From: Balanoglossus misakiensis | Lineage: Eukaryota > Animalia > Hemichordata | DNA length: 64,000 nucleotides | Direction: 5' to 3' | NCBI GenBank assembly: GCA_040954595.2 | Contig: CM082577.2 | Location: 8,705,846-8,769,845, forward strand | Part shown: piece after piece, positions 30,000 through 42,000 of the stretch | How positions within the stretch are numbered: position 1 is the stretch's first letter | Layout of the letters: every line of letters begins with the position of its first letter | Program-made: the position numbers and the translations under genes | Notes under the pieces: model-generated | Told to the model about the DNA's origin: nothing | The model's input: the letters and a program-made list of their open reading frames with translations, nothing else | Databases searched by the model: none

Positions 30000-30342
30000 T
30001 GCGTCTGGTCTGTGACGTACGCTTTATGTGAAGGACGCTGGACGACCACACCACTCTACCTTAACCTTATCGCCATTTTGGCGATTACCTCATCGCCCCA
30101 ACTCCCTAGCTTAGAGCCAGTTAATCCGTTCTTTGGTCTGGCAGCGAATGCTCTCCTTCGTCGTTCGTACAAATTGATTATTTTTGCCTTGTTCGTGGAA
30201 CATTGAATAGAACTGATCGTTCCCAACACAGGTAACTCGATTTTATAGACTTTGGATCCAATTTACAATTCAGCAGGTTGGTGTATCGAATTAAATATCA
30301 GCAGGCTGGGGAGTATTGGGACATCCCTGATACTGATTGAAA
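30000..30342. promoter_or_regulatory. Compact bidirectional promoter of LCMT1 and DGKE
   Basis: Only 343 bp between the two divergent ATGs; YY1-type CGCCATTTT at 30071-30079 and AAAATGGCG over the DGKE start; CRE half-site TGACGT near 30013; CpG-rich relative to flanks. Confidence 0.65.
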
Positions 30343-33300
30343 ATGGCGGAGGAATTACAAGTAGATTATGTTGATATTGATGATAGGGAAGATCAAACGG
30401 AGAGGTAGGGCAAAGGTTCGGTTCGATGACAATAGAAGGAGGGATTATTGCTTGTGTGACCAAGTTATCTGAGTACCAAAAAAACAATGATTACCAATCG
30501 GCGTTTCATTCATTGATGGATATCTTTCTGAGACCTTCCCCAAGTTCCATCATTACATGTTCACTATGTCCTGTTTCAGCGCGCCGCTGCGAAGTCTCGG
30601 AGTCGTGAATATGACAGTAAACGTGATACAAGATTGGTGGGAGGGTTATTTGTACCAAATTACGATTTGCTCGATATTTTTCTTCGTGCTGACGTGGGCT
30701 CTGGTCAAGCTGTGCAAGCGACAGAGACGCTTCCGTGACCTCCCCGTTCGGGACATCGCGAAAGGTCACCGCTGGGTCATCACTGACATGTTCCCCAAAC
30801 CCACCTACTGCTGCGTGTGCGAGTCGCACATACTGCACGGAGGGGTGTGCGACTCGTGCCACGTGTGCGCGGACGACATCTGCCTGCGAACCGCCGACCG
30901 GCTGTTTGCGTGCAAGTACCTCACCCTCTCGAACACTGCGACGTCCATGCGGCACCACTGGGTGAGGGGCAACCTCCCGCTGTGCAGCGTCTGCGACATT
31001 TGCAAAACCGAGTGCGGGGTGCTCCCCCGGCTGTGCGACCACCGGTGTGTGTGGTGCCAGCGCACGGTGCACGACAACTGCCTGTACTTGATCAAAACCG
31101 CCGAGTGTGACTTCGGCAAGTACAGGAACTGCATCATCCCCCCGTACTGCCTGAATTTGCAACTGGTCGGTTGGAAAGGACGGAGACACTGGAGTGTGTC
31201 AGGGGTCACCCAACCACCAGGTGACAGGAACTGGAAACCTCTCCTGGTGTTCTGCAACCGGAAAAGTGGCAATAATGAAGGCGAGCAAATTTTGAGCGCA
31301 TTCCGGGCCTTACTAAACCCAGCTCAGGTGAGATTTGATAGTAAATTGCACACTTATCTGACACATTACCTGGATATATCTGACAAATTACCTGGAATAT
31401 AGAAATAAATCCATTTCACATTTTAATTATAAAAAATAACGTTTAAGAACAGAATTCCTATGTGTTATAATTTGATCAGTATTTAAATAGATTTTTGCAC
31501 AATTTAGATAAACTTACACAAGTGAAACACAGTTTGTCAACCATCGTGTGGAAATTGTTCTATTGCTTGAAGTTTGTATAAATATTAATAAAAGATAAGC
31601 AGGTAATGAAGAATATTGTCCTTACTGTAGATAAAGGATCATCAAGGTTGTCACATGTAACTGGAGTTTCATCTACTTTTTCTTTTGGCTGCATAGGTGG
31701 TAGATTTGTATGAAGTGCCCCCAGAGAGTGCACTGAATTTATGCAGCTACCTTCCAAACAGGACTTGTACAATACTGATATGTGGAGGTGATGGAACCAT
31801 CACTTGGGTTCTGGATGCAATTGATAAAATGGAGCTGGAGGTAAGCAGGCCTTGAACATATACTTTTATCTCTTTAACCTTTCACCCCCATTTTCCTGTA
31901 GATATTGTTCCAACCATAATACTGAAATCAGTAGGGTGGAACTAAAATGTGGGGGTGAAAAGGGGTAAATTTAGTAATAATTTCTATACTTTTGAAATTT
32001 GATAACATCAAGAAACAGAATTTCTCAACCATGTTGTGAAGACAAAAAAAAATTGGAAACTGACATGGTATTTTTTAAAAATTCAGATACAGAATCTTGA
32101 TAATGATTAACTTGACCCATAGCCAACTGAGGCCAGACACTAGGTTGACACAAGGTGTGTCTGACACAAGTGCTGAACAAATTATGAATGATGTGCAGAA
32201 ATCCAAAAACAAATATAACCATTTTTAGGTCAAATTTGGTATATGTATATATACCAGTGGGACCTTATGGCATCAGCAGCGTCTGTATGTTTATTTTTAC
32301 AGTCAGTCACTAGTTTGTACACATCTTTTGTGTATCAGTACTTCTGCAAACAAGTCTGGTTGATTTTATCGGTCAAGTCTATTTCCGTAATTTGATCTTC
32401 AGCTGCACTGCAACTGGCTTTTAAAATCATGTATTAAAATTTGTTTATTTTTTTGTGAAGTTAAGTCGAGTGGTTCTGTTTTTTTTTTTTCCAGACACTG
32501 CCAAATGTTGGTGTTCTTCCTCTGGGAACAGGGAACGATTTGGCCAGGGTGTTGGGATGGGGCGAGGGATACACGGGTGAAGAGGAGATGGAAGAGTGGT
32601 TGGATTTCATCAACAAAGCCAAAGTCAGTAGTTTAGACAGGTAGGAATGTTGTACCAGTACTACTATCACCACTGAAGATGTGGGCTGCAGTCCCCCCCC
32701 CCTCCCCCTCTTCTCAGTAGAATGGTACATTCCTGTCTTTGATGTCAATGAGACCAGTGCAATGTATTTTGATGTATGGGGAAGGTACTCATAACCTAAC
32801 AGAGGAATTCTAGAATTGAATCATGAGAAAGAGATCAGTATATTTCAATTATGACCAGAATACTTGAATAAATCAAATATCAATGGATTGAATAAAAATT
32901 TATATGATTTTGCCAAACGAGTTTAAAGAACAACACAATTTTGAACTCTCTCTTATGCAGGCTGATTAAATTCAATTTGGTTTGACTGTTTATGTTTGCC
33001 CATTTTCTAATATTTGTGTCATAGGTGGTCAATTAACATCTCTAATCTTCGAAGATTTGGATTTCGAAAACCAAACAAGGTGAGAAATTCAATTTTATGA
33101 CAGTGTGCTATAAAAAAAAACACTCATACACTTGACATGAATAAACCAAAGCTGGTATATTAATCTTTCACTCAGTCTGGTGCAAACCACGTACATCAAG
33201 TAGTTTAAATCCACAAAGATAGCATGACTATTTTCAGTAAAGTATTTGACGTATAAAATCATTGACAGACACCGTGCAGATAGAAGACAATACATTACTG

Positions 33301-35434
33301 CAAGCATCAAGTTGATTCTGAACTGACCCTCTTCGATGTCATTATCATTTTTTCAATTGAATAAACAAACTCAATATCACACCAGGGGGAAACAAATCAA
33401 GGATTTTTTGGGGTTGACATCAAAAGATAACTTTCGTTCAATATCACTGTTTAACATTTCATTCTGACCCCTGTGACCGTTTGATATTTTCCAATCCGAC
33501 AGGCATTGACCATGAATAATTACTTTTCCCTGGGTTGCGATGCCTCCATCGCTTTGAAGTTCCACCGACAGAGAGAAAGTCGGCCATATTGGTTCAAGAA
33601 CCGACTCACCAATAAGATTTGGTATTTCTTCTTCGGGGCCAGAGATGCTCTGCTTGATCAGGAATGCAAGGATTTTTACAAAAAGATCAAGGTAGATATC
33701 CTCATTTGGATGAATAAATTATAGTTTCATCAAAATTATGCCCCCATGGCATATCACAGATAGTTTAACACTGTCCTTGTTGAATCTGAACTCTTGGAAT
33801 TTTACCAAGAGTTGTGTCATGAAGTTAGATTGCTCACATAGCAAGGTAGCATTCACTACTTGTGGTAATTGCTAGTTATTGCCAGTGATCTTTCTTCTTA
33901 CCTGTAACAAAAAAACTAATAATATGCTAAGCGAAAAGTTTATATGCTAGGGTTTGGCAGTTTTTAGTGAGTTCTCTTTTATTCTGTTTACCGACAGCTT
34001 GAGTTGGACGGCCGCCCATTGGAACTGCCGGATTTGGAGGGGATTGCGATTTTGAACATCAACAGTTGGGGCGGCGGGTGTCCATTATGGAGTGGAAGTA
34101 GTGGAAACAACGTAGCGAAGTCGGTGTAAGTATAAAAGTTGAAACCTCTGGAAATTTTGAGGTCAGATATTGCTGTCATTACCTTGACTGCATTTGACTA
34201 CATGCTCTGAAAGCAGACTGAAGCAGAGAATCTGATGTTCCTGCAAAACCTGCTCAGCCTGGTGTCCTATGTGAGAGGTCGGAAGTCAGGCCAGGTTTAG
34301 ACTCTGTATCTGATGTCTCAGTACTGCAGTGCTGTGTATGGAGATCTACTACCATGAACTACTTCTGTGTTGCAATATGCACAACTTCAATCTATCATTG
34401 TGTTTCATATCATTGTATATCTGGCATTGAGTTTTAATCAGTCATGGATTTCGCTGATGTCTGTCTTAATCCAATCACTTGCGTTAGTTAGCATTGTCTA
34501 TTGTAGAGCTGAAATCTGATTGGCTATGGTAGCCTGTGGCTGCATGACGCCACCTGTCCATTGTTAACAGTTTTTCTGTGATATCTGCCAACAGGCATCG
34601 ATGGTCACAAATTAACAGGAAGCATACATGACTTGTTGATATGTTAATTGTATGCCCGAGAGTTTTAGAAGTTTTGCAATCCCATTTTTGAAATCAAATG
34701 ATGGTTGCTGAAAATTCTCATCCCTGTTACTGTTCTTTCAATTCCTAGGCCGAACGATGGCATATTGGAGGTTGTTGGTTTAACGTCATCATTTCACATG
34801 GCTCAGTTACATGTGGGACTGGCTGACCCTATCAGACTTGGTCAGGCAAGACAAATCAAGGTAACTCAAAACTGAAACTCCAAATAAATGCTTGAAATAC
34901 AGACTGTTAGAAATATTAGCTACCAAGTGAAAAGCTTTTTTTTAAAAAGTGAACAGAGTGGAAGCATTCAGTTTTATGATCTATTATAAACAAAACAACT
35001 TATGCATTATAATCAAAAGTATACAAACTTACGGTTACCTTATAGCTCTTGTTTGTCTCAGATATGAGCAAAGATTATACCTTCCTGCAAAAATGGAACA
35101 CCACACATGATGTTGGTGTAAAGTGCGCCCCCGTATCGACAATGATTTGTTCTTTTGTTTTTATAGTAAAGTAGCGTAGCCCTGAAACAGGCAAACATTT
35201 TGCCCCCATCACCCCAGCAAAAACTGACTAGCTTCAGGTATTACATCATATTGATGTTTTTTTTCTCTTTTTTTATCAAATGTTCAGATAACCTTGAAAG
35301 GATCGAAGATGCCTATGCAAATAGATGGAGAGCCTTGGGAACAAGTTCCATGTGTTATCAACGTCAGGCATCGCAGTCAAGCTCTTATGCTTGTGAAAGG
35401 GGAGCTGGAGAAACACAGTCCGAAGAAATTTTAA
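30343..35434 (+). CDS. DGKE: Diacylglycerol kinase epsilon, ~576 aa
   Basis: Nine GT-AG exons (1731 nt): 30343-30404, 30580-31327, 31697-31840, 32495-32640, 33025-33079, 33503-33691, 33998-34125, 34749-34860, 35288-35434 (TAA). N-terminal hydrophobic segment, two C1 domains (HRW..CCVC; [10 protein letters not shown]), catalytic [27 protein letters not shown], accessory [22 protein letters not shown] + 2 C1 with no other domains is the type III (epsilon) architecture. The start may alternatively be ATG 30557 or 30610. Confidence 0.93.
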
Positions 35435-35484
35435 TTTTTTGTAATGTTGATTTCTGGCATCCAACTTGAAAATGTTTAGTTTAA

Positions 35485-35571
35485 CCCTTTTTACCACCAT
35501 GGTTTGGTCCAACTGCATTGTTCTTAGTGGAAGTGCTGGACCTCTCTATTCAAGGAAATGGGGTGAAACGG
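35485..35571. mobile_element. piggyBac-like MITE copy in the DGKE 3' UTR
   Basis: TTAA|CCCTTTTTACCACC...GGGGTGAAACGG|TTAA, in opposite orientation to the 13035 copy; 50 bp after the DGKE stop. Confidence 0.65.
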
Positions 35572-37197
35572 TTAACTTGCATGTACAGGTACAGGGTGAT
35601 TGAGGGATAAACAAAAGTCGTGATAAATGTGCGTGTGAGGGCGCTGTCACAGATTTGCACATTGTGATGGTTAGTTAAATTCATAGCATGGCTTTCTGGC
35701 CCAGGATGTAGAGTAGCTTTTAGTCAAGAGAAACAAAAGAAAAAAATTCCCTTCAGCTTTCATCTTATTTATTTTTGTTAAATTGAAACAAAATTTACCT
35801 CTTGTGCGGATAATGCGAGATATATAGATGTAAAACTTAATTAAATTATGAAAGATGATTTTTGTAAGAATGTGGGTTTTTTTCAGTCAGGATCTTTAGC
35901 CTCATTGGCAACTCAACCTTGTCAGCATGTCCTCGCCACGGTGGAGTGACTTTGTCCCCAACTCACCTTTTGACCTCTCTGTCATAGCTTTACCTTGAAT
36001 GGATTGTACCGTGTTTACGTTTTCAGCTAGTTGAAGTGACCACTCACATGGTAAAATCATCTTGCCAGTGAAGAGACTATATTTAACATTTCATAGCTGT
36101 AATATTCCTCTGAATTCTGTGATTTTCTGAAACAAGTTGAGAATATATTTCAGTGTAATTTAAAGGCAGGAAGCTTTACCCAGTATTTTTCCTCATAATT
36201 TATTCAAAAACGTAATATATTTCACTTGAATACATTAATTTAGTCACTATATCCATTACATGGCCACTGCAATATTTCTTTTAAATATCGGATTGAAACC
36301 TGATTTGACCTCAGACTTGTAAACAATTTATATTTACCAAAGAAAGGCACAAGAAAGAAAACATCTACTCCTACAAAAATTGCTAAGTTATTTCATTTCT
36401 GTGAGAAGATTTGCTCAAAAAAAGACTTCTCAGGTATTTTAATTCAGTGTGCAATAATACATCAACGGATTTATTTCCCAGATTTAATTACTTTTAAGTT
36501 CACCAGTTCTTACAAGACATTGTCGCACAATCAGTTTTTCTCTTGTGTATTTCTACAGATCAATGAGAAATCTCAGCTTTGACCCATTATGCTGGGTTAC
36601 TTTTGCTTTTGGATTGGTTCTTGCCAGTTTTCTCCATTTTCAGTAACTTTTAATTTGTGTTGTCCTCTTTTTTTTAAAGTATGGCTCTTAGATTTTTATT
36701 CGTTCTGTACCGCAGTTCATTGCCAGACCAACTTGCTCGACAAGTTGGGTGAGTGGTGTCTTATAGATACTGGTGCAATATTTTTCCGTGACATTGTCCA
36801 GACTCTCCGAACCTCAGAACCACCAGATAAAATGAAGGAGTGTTGCACTTCAGCAAAGCCTTGTGCATTAAAACCTGCTTAGCACTCGTTTCCTGTTTTG
36901 CGAAAGACTGGTTTATGTCTTCAGCTTGACTTTCTCACAGCCGGCCAGCTGTGATTAAATGTGTGCCCTAGTATGTTTCATGCAAAGATGATATAGAAAG
37001 CCTCCCTCTTCATCTCCAACAGTCGACTTAAATCACATCGCTGTTCATGTTTAATTGAAACCAAGTTACAAAAAAAAAAGATCGGAGACCAGAGGAAAAT
37101 TAGACACCACATCCCTCTATGAAAACTGTTTTATTCTGATGTCAGTTCTGGGAGCCAATGGCATGTCTCCTGGTACAACACCAGGTACCATATAATC

Positions 37198-37283
37198 TAG
37201 CCCAGTACCTCGCCGTATTTTGTCCGCTTTGCTTCCAAAACTAACGAAGCAAAGCGGACAAAATACGGCGAGGTACTAGGCTA
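37198..37283. mobile_element. 86-bp fold-back MITE with TAG..CTA termini and 9-bp TSD (AcademH-like)
   Basis: ~38-bp near-perfect inverted repeat TAGCC(C/T)AGTACCTCGCCGTATTTTGTCCGCTTTGCTTC; direct repeat CATATAATC at 37189-37197 and 37284-37292. Confidence 0.85.
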
Positions 37284-39219
37284 CATATAATCCTCCACCC
37301 ATGATTAGGCACCGAACAGACCTGACTTTGTTAAATTTTAAAGGAAAATACATATAATTATTTTCAGCAGGAAAGATGTAACCCCAAATTTATTGGGCCT
37401 GATTGTCAAAACTACAGAGTACACAGCCGTCATTGGCAAATACAAACTGGAGACACAAGCTTTATAAAACTTATCCTTTTACGTTCTGAGATAGCGATTC
37501 TATAGTGTCTATACTATAACTTAGCTTTTTTCTTGCCGTTCATTTTCATCTTTTTCTCAACTGTTTAATTTGTCAGAAACATTTTCTTTCTCTGTCCAGA
37601 GTCTGTAACATTTTTTTGATGCATCTTATCTTGCTCTATCGTGGCACTGTCTTTGCTTTTATGCGCAAAAGTTAAAAAATGGTTCTATACACACAATAAC
37701 CTGTAGATCATGTATATGTATATATTTTATCGTATTGTACAGAGGTTTGATTGATTATGACTGAAAGAGAAAAATTTAATTCTGATTAAAAAGCATTCTG
37801 CACTGTCTGTGCGTACTCCGCCTCCATTTTTTTTTATTCAGGCTGTTAACAATTAAAATATAATGCTGTGAATCTGCCACTTGTTCCCTGAATCTCTTGA
37901 AACAGTAAGGATAACTTTTTCAGAGTCCAGAGGTTGAGTTGGCCATTTGTTTGCTAGAAAGTGAACAACGCCCAATTCTCTCTCGGCCACCCTGAAATTG
38001 TGTAAACTCGCCCGCTCCAAACAAGTGAAGTAAACATTGATACGAATCGGCCAGCGTTGGGGCCTTGGTTAGTTACATTCGCCGAAGGGCAGTACGAAAA
38101 ATTTTACAGCCCCGAATCACCAGACCAAATAAATACAAACTCAACAAAGTGGCTTTTGTTTTTTTCACCCGCACCAAGGATTTGAACCCTGCCGGGTGGT
38201 GATTGCCTGTCCTCAGTAAACAAATCAAAATAAATCTAGCAAGGCACTGGGTCTCCCTAAGGTAAGAACGAGAGATGATAGTAAAGCCCTTACACAAATC
38301 TGAAACCCTGTCAAATTGTGTCGGGGTCAAGGGTCAACAATCACCACCGCTGGCTGTTTTCAAAATTCCCAGAAAGCACTGTTCCGATTTTGTGGACCCA
38401 TTCAAGTTTAGGCAATCTCTGAAGTGTTCTGTTTGTTTATCATTTCATGTTTATCTTTTTTTGTTTGTTTATCATTTAATGTTTAGATTCCGTGCTGACT
38501 TTATTAACAGTTCTGTTGGCTCTGGGCGTAGTTGATTATTTGGTTTTCTTCTTTGAGCCCACCTTTGGGTGAAAGGCCTGTGACCACTCTTCTGTATCAG
38601 GCTTGTAGTGGCGGACAAACAGTGGGATGTTTACTATGAAACCAGGAGAATAGCATAATCAATTTGCCAGATACGGCCAAGCATGACTGGCACTCGCACA
38701 CATGCAGAGAAGTCGCAAAATCTTTAATGTCAATTTCCGGGCCTCTATTAAACCACCCAGCCATGGAAAACAAAAAGTGGGGTATGTTCCAGAGTGCAAG
38801 TGTGCACTCCGCTGTCTACAACTATACAATATGGTTTTGGTGGCCAATTTATGAAAACATGCAATTTAAGTAAACTACATTGATCAGTTGTTTTTTAGGT
38901 TTTTCATCCAGAAATTAGCATGAGGAGATTCTTATATCATAATGAATGTCTGATTTTTTTTATTGTCTAAAGAAGAAATGAAAAAATGTCTTTTTGTGGG
39001 AGAGGGTCGGATGATGCAGGTTTTTATTCTTGCTGTCACCATTCCGTGAATTCTCTGTCATCACCTTTATCCGATTGCTTCTCTGTTGCTATCAGGGTTT
39101 AAAATGATGCCACGGCACGGGTAACCACGACAACGGATTGATTGGCAGTCCCGCCGTCAGCAGTATGGGTGTCCTCTACATGAGTGGCAGAAGTGTGATC
39201 CGCTCACAGAGAGCCGTAC

Positions 39220-42000
39220 CTGCCTCTTGGTTGGTGGAATCCTTGGCCGGGCTGTAAGTTGAGAACGTTTCTAATTTATCGTAGCTGGCTTGGCGCCAAC
39301 GCAAACCGCTCGCAGGAATCGCCCGGGTGTATCTGATACAGTGAATGGACAAATAGCATTGCCATATTTATTTTCAAAACTCCAGACAAATACAGTACAT
39401 GGCAATGGAAACAACACGCCTACTCGACTCCAGACAAGGCATGTACAACTGGACAGGTTGCCAAGGTGACCGGCTTTGAGGTCGCTGGTGCGGCTGATGT
39501 GTTTAGAATAACTCCATGGACCAACAACATCTGTAATCCATCATAAATATTCAACTTAAAAAAAAATAAGTTGATTGAAACTGGATCACCATTGCTACGA
39601 TAGCAACTATTTTTTCCCATGATGCCATTTGGTTAACTTAAAACCAGATCTGGGATAGCTGAGCTGCAAGTTTTGACTTTCCCAAATATGATCCCGCAGC
39701 ACACTCACCCGAAAATACAATCTGGCACTCTGCAAGAAAATCGTGCGATATTTAATTTCGTTTTGACTGGTAAGAGGAGCCTAAACCAGCTGAGAAAATC
39801 AGTGCGCGGGCCACTTTTGGAGAAAGTCCAGAAACGAGAAAGAGATCAGATGGATACACGGGATAGATGATCCCCTCTCGAAGAGAGATAGATGAGACTG
39901 CTAGTTTGATAAATCTTGTCAGCGTTTGTGATGACCCGGTGTCCTTGTTACATCTCGACAGACTCTTGTCTCTTTTTTCTCAGTTCTTTTTTTTATTTTT
40001 AGCTCAGCTGTGTGATTGTCATCTCGCCCACGATGACACGCACAGGAAATCGCGTTCACGTCTGAACCAAAGCTGCATCCATCTGGTTCGAGGAATCGCG
40101 CTTCCTCTACCAAAAAAACAAAACCAAAACATCGACTTGTCCCGTCTCCCGTCATGGAAGAGTTGCAGCTTTGTTTTATCATGTTAAATGATCCAGCGCC
40201 GGGGATAAACATTCGGGTTTTCTCAAGTTTTGGCGGCAACAGTCCAGATTCTCCTCTGAGATGCACTGACGAAAGACAGAATAGGAAACAGGGATTAATT
40301 TACAGATGTTGTACGGTTAATAGAAAGTTTTGAGAGGTTGTACTGAGAGAAGGTGGTCTTTTCAAAACAATGACAAAAGATAGGTGGCTGGTTTTGATTG
40401 TAGCACATCGAATTATTGCTGCTGTCAGATTCATATAGGTCAAAGTTCATAAGTCGAGCATTTAATTCTGTCCTCAACATTGCATTTATCAAAATCCTTA
40501 TGTGATGAGAGAGGGAGATGAGCCAAGTGTAAATTTGACATTCACTCATTTGTTACTCGTATGTCTGTTCACCCCTATAGTTTAGCGTAGTCCAGTTGTT
40601 CTGTATGGATGGGTGAGCCCAAGTCTGCTGGGAATAGGGGTGGCATATAGGTTAATTGACAATTGTTTCCCAAATTACAGTTTCCAAAGTTGTGCCTCTC
40701 ATATCTAAAAAGAGGCTGGACATGAACAGAACCAACTTGGACTCTCTGAAACTCGAAACTTCAAGAAAGACTGGAAAAAGCAATCGCCTGAAGAAATTTG
40801 TTTTATGAAATTTTGGCTCTGACAATCTTATTAATTTCATTTGCACAAACATGCAGCCATGCCATTGTATCACTTTGAAATGGTGATAATCACTGTACAG
40901 AAAAATTTATGAGTGTGAAAGAATCTGTTTTAAGTGGAAAGGTTAAGGATATTTGCGTTTCCCCAAAAACTTGACCTTGGAACACTTAACACCACAGCCT
41001 TGAACAAACATGGTGTTATCAATATATTAGTTACAGTTACCCTATCAAGATTTTTGTTTTTCAGTGTAGTTAAAGATTCCTGACCATTTCTTGTGTACAC
41101 AATTAAGCAAAACCTTGTTAATTGATTGCTGCTACAATCTCTGTGTTATCATGACAGGGTCATTTAGTTCTTGTCAGAAATTTCTGCTTAATTAAGTAAA
41201 CTTGGTTGTCCTGAGTGAACTCTTTTTGGTTTTTATCAGTGTTTTGTTTTTACTAGTCGCCTGTGATTTGGTTAATTTGTCAGGGTTTTATACATAGGTA
41301 TTTTTGATTACCCCAGTAAACTTTTTTTTCCCCTGGCAGTCTCATTTAAAGGTTGTATTAGCTGAGTTTAATCTCTCCAATGAAAATGAATTAACGACCC
41401 TGGGTCGCTGGCTCTCTTCCCTCCCAAGCACTGGGCGAGAAGACCAACAAGGCGATCGCTTTCACTCGTGGGAACCTCAGTGGCGCTGAAAAACAGTGAG
41501 GTCACAGCCCTGGGTCTTAAACTGGATTGAATTAAGAGCAAAAACCTCACCGAACAACAGCCCTGCTGCTTCTAATCTGAACAGCGGGCAAAAAAAGCTT
41601 GCAATCTAGTAGATTAACCGAAGAGATTCGAGTCATGGTTTAAATTACAGTGCAGAAAATTATGATGACTTGAGAGAGATCCAGAGGCTTGCTGATGCGA
41701 TCCAGCGGCCAAAAAAAAAATAATTTAAGACCCGCGCAAAATACGAATCTGATGAATTTAAGACAGCGTGCAGTGTTTCCAATTACAAGATCAATTCGTT
41801 CCATGTTTCTGTTTTCGCAAAGTTTACCCTAACCTCCTTAACTTGAACTTGTCCTGGTGTACCCTCACAGAATCTCGTAAAATGAAATCTAAACTTTGTT
41901 GATAAAAACTTCACTTCCCCTGATTGCGTGTTCCATCCTTTCCACTTCTTCAAACCGGCACTGAAGGAAGTCTTGACGTTTTCTTTTCAGAACCCAGAGC
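39220..42000 (-). ncRNA. Possible spliced non-coding or small-ORF transcript
   Basis: Same-strand acceptor/donor pairs bound GC-richer blocks: 42000-41551, 40265-39709 (tgtctttcgtcag / gtgagt), 39530-39424, 39332-39220; no recognisable protein. Splice-signal inference only. Confidence 0.25.

Noticed and set aside
30056-30076. Upstream ATG as the LCMT1 start
   Set aside because: The frame stops after six codons; it is better read as a YY1 motif or uORF, and ATG 29999 gives the conserved N-terminus.
30506-31272. Long antisense and alternate-frame ORFs (227 aa, 155 aa)
   Set aside because: Shadows of the GC3-rich DGKE exon 2.
38160-38205. tRNA-like B box (GGTTCAAATCC on the minus strand)
   Set aside because: No A box or cloverleaf can be built; at most a SINE fragment or chance match.
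39919-40266. 115-aa minus-strand ORF and other 60-120 aa ORFs between 36 and 58 kb
   Set aside because: No recognisable domains or coding-like composition; most begin at non-ATG codons.
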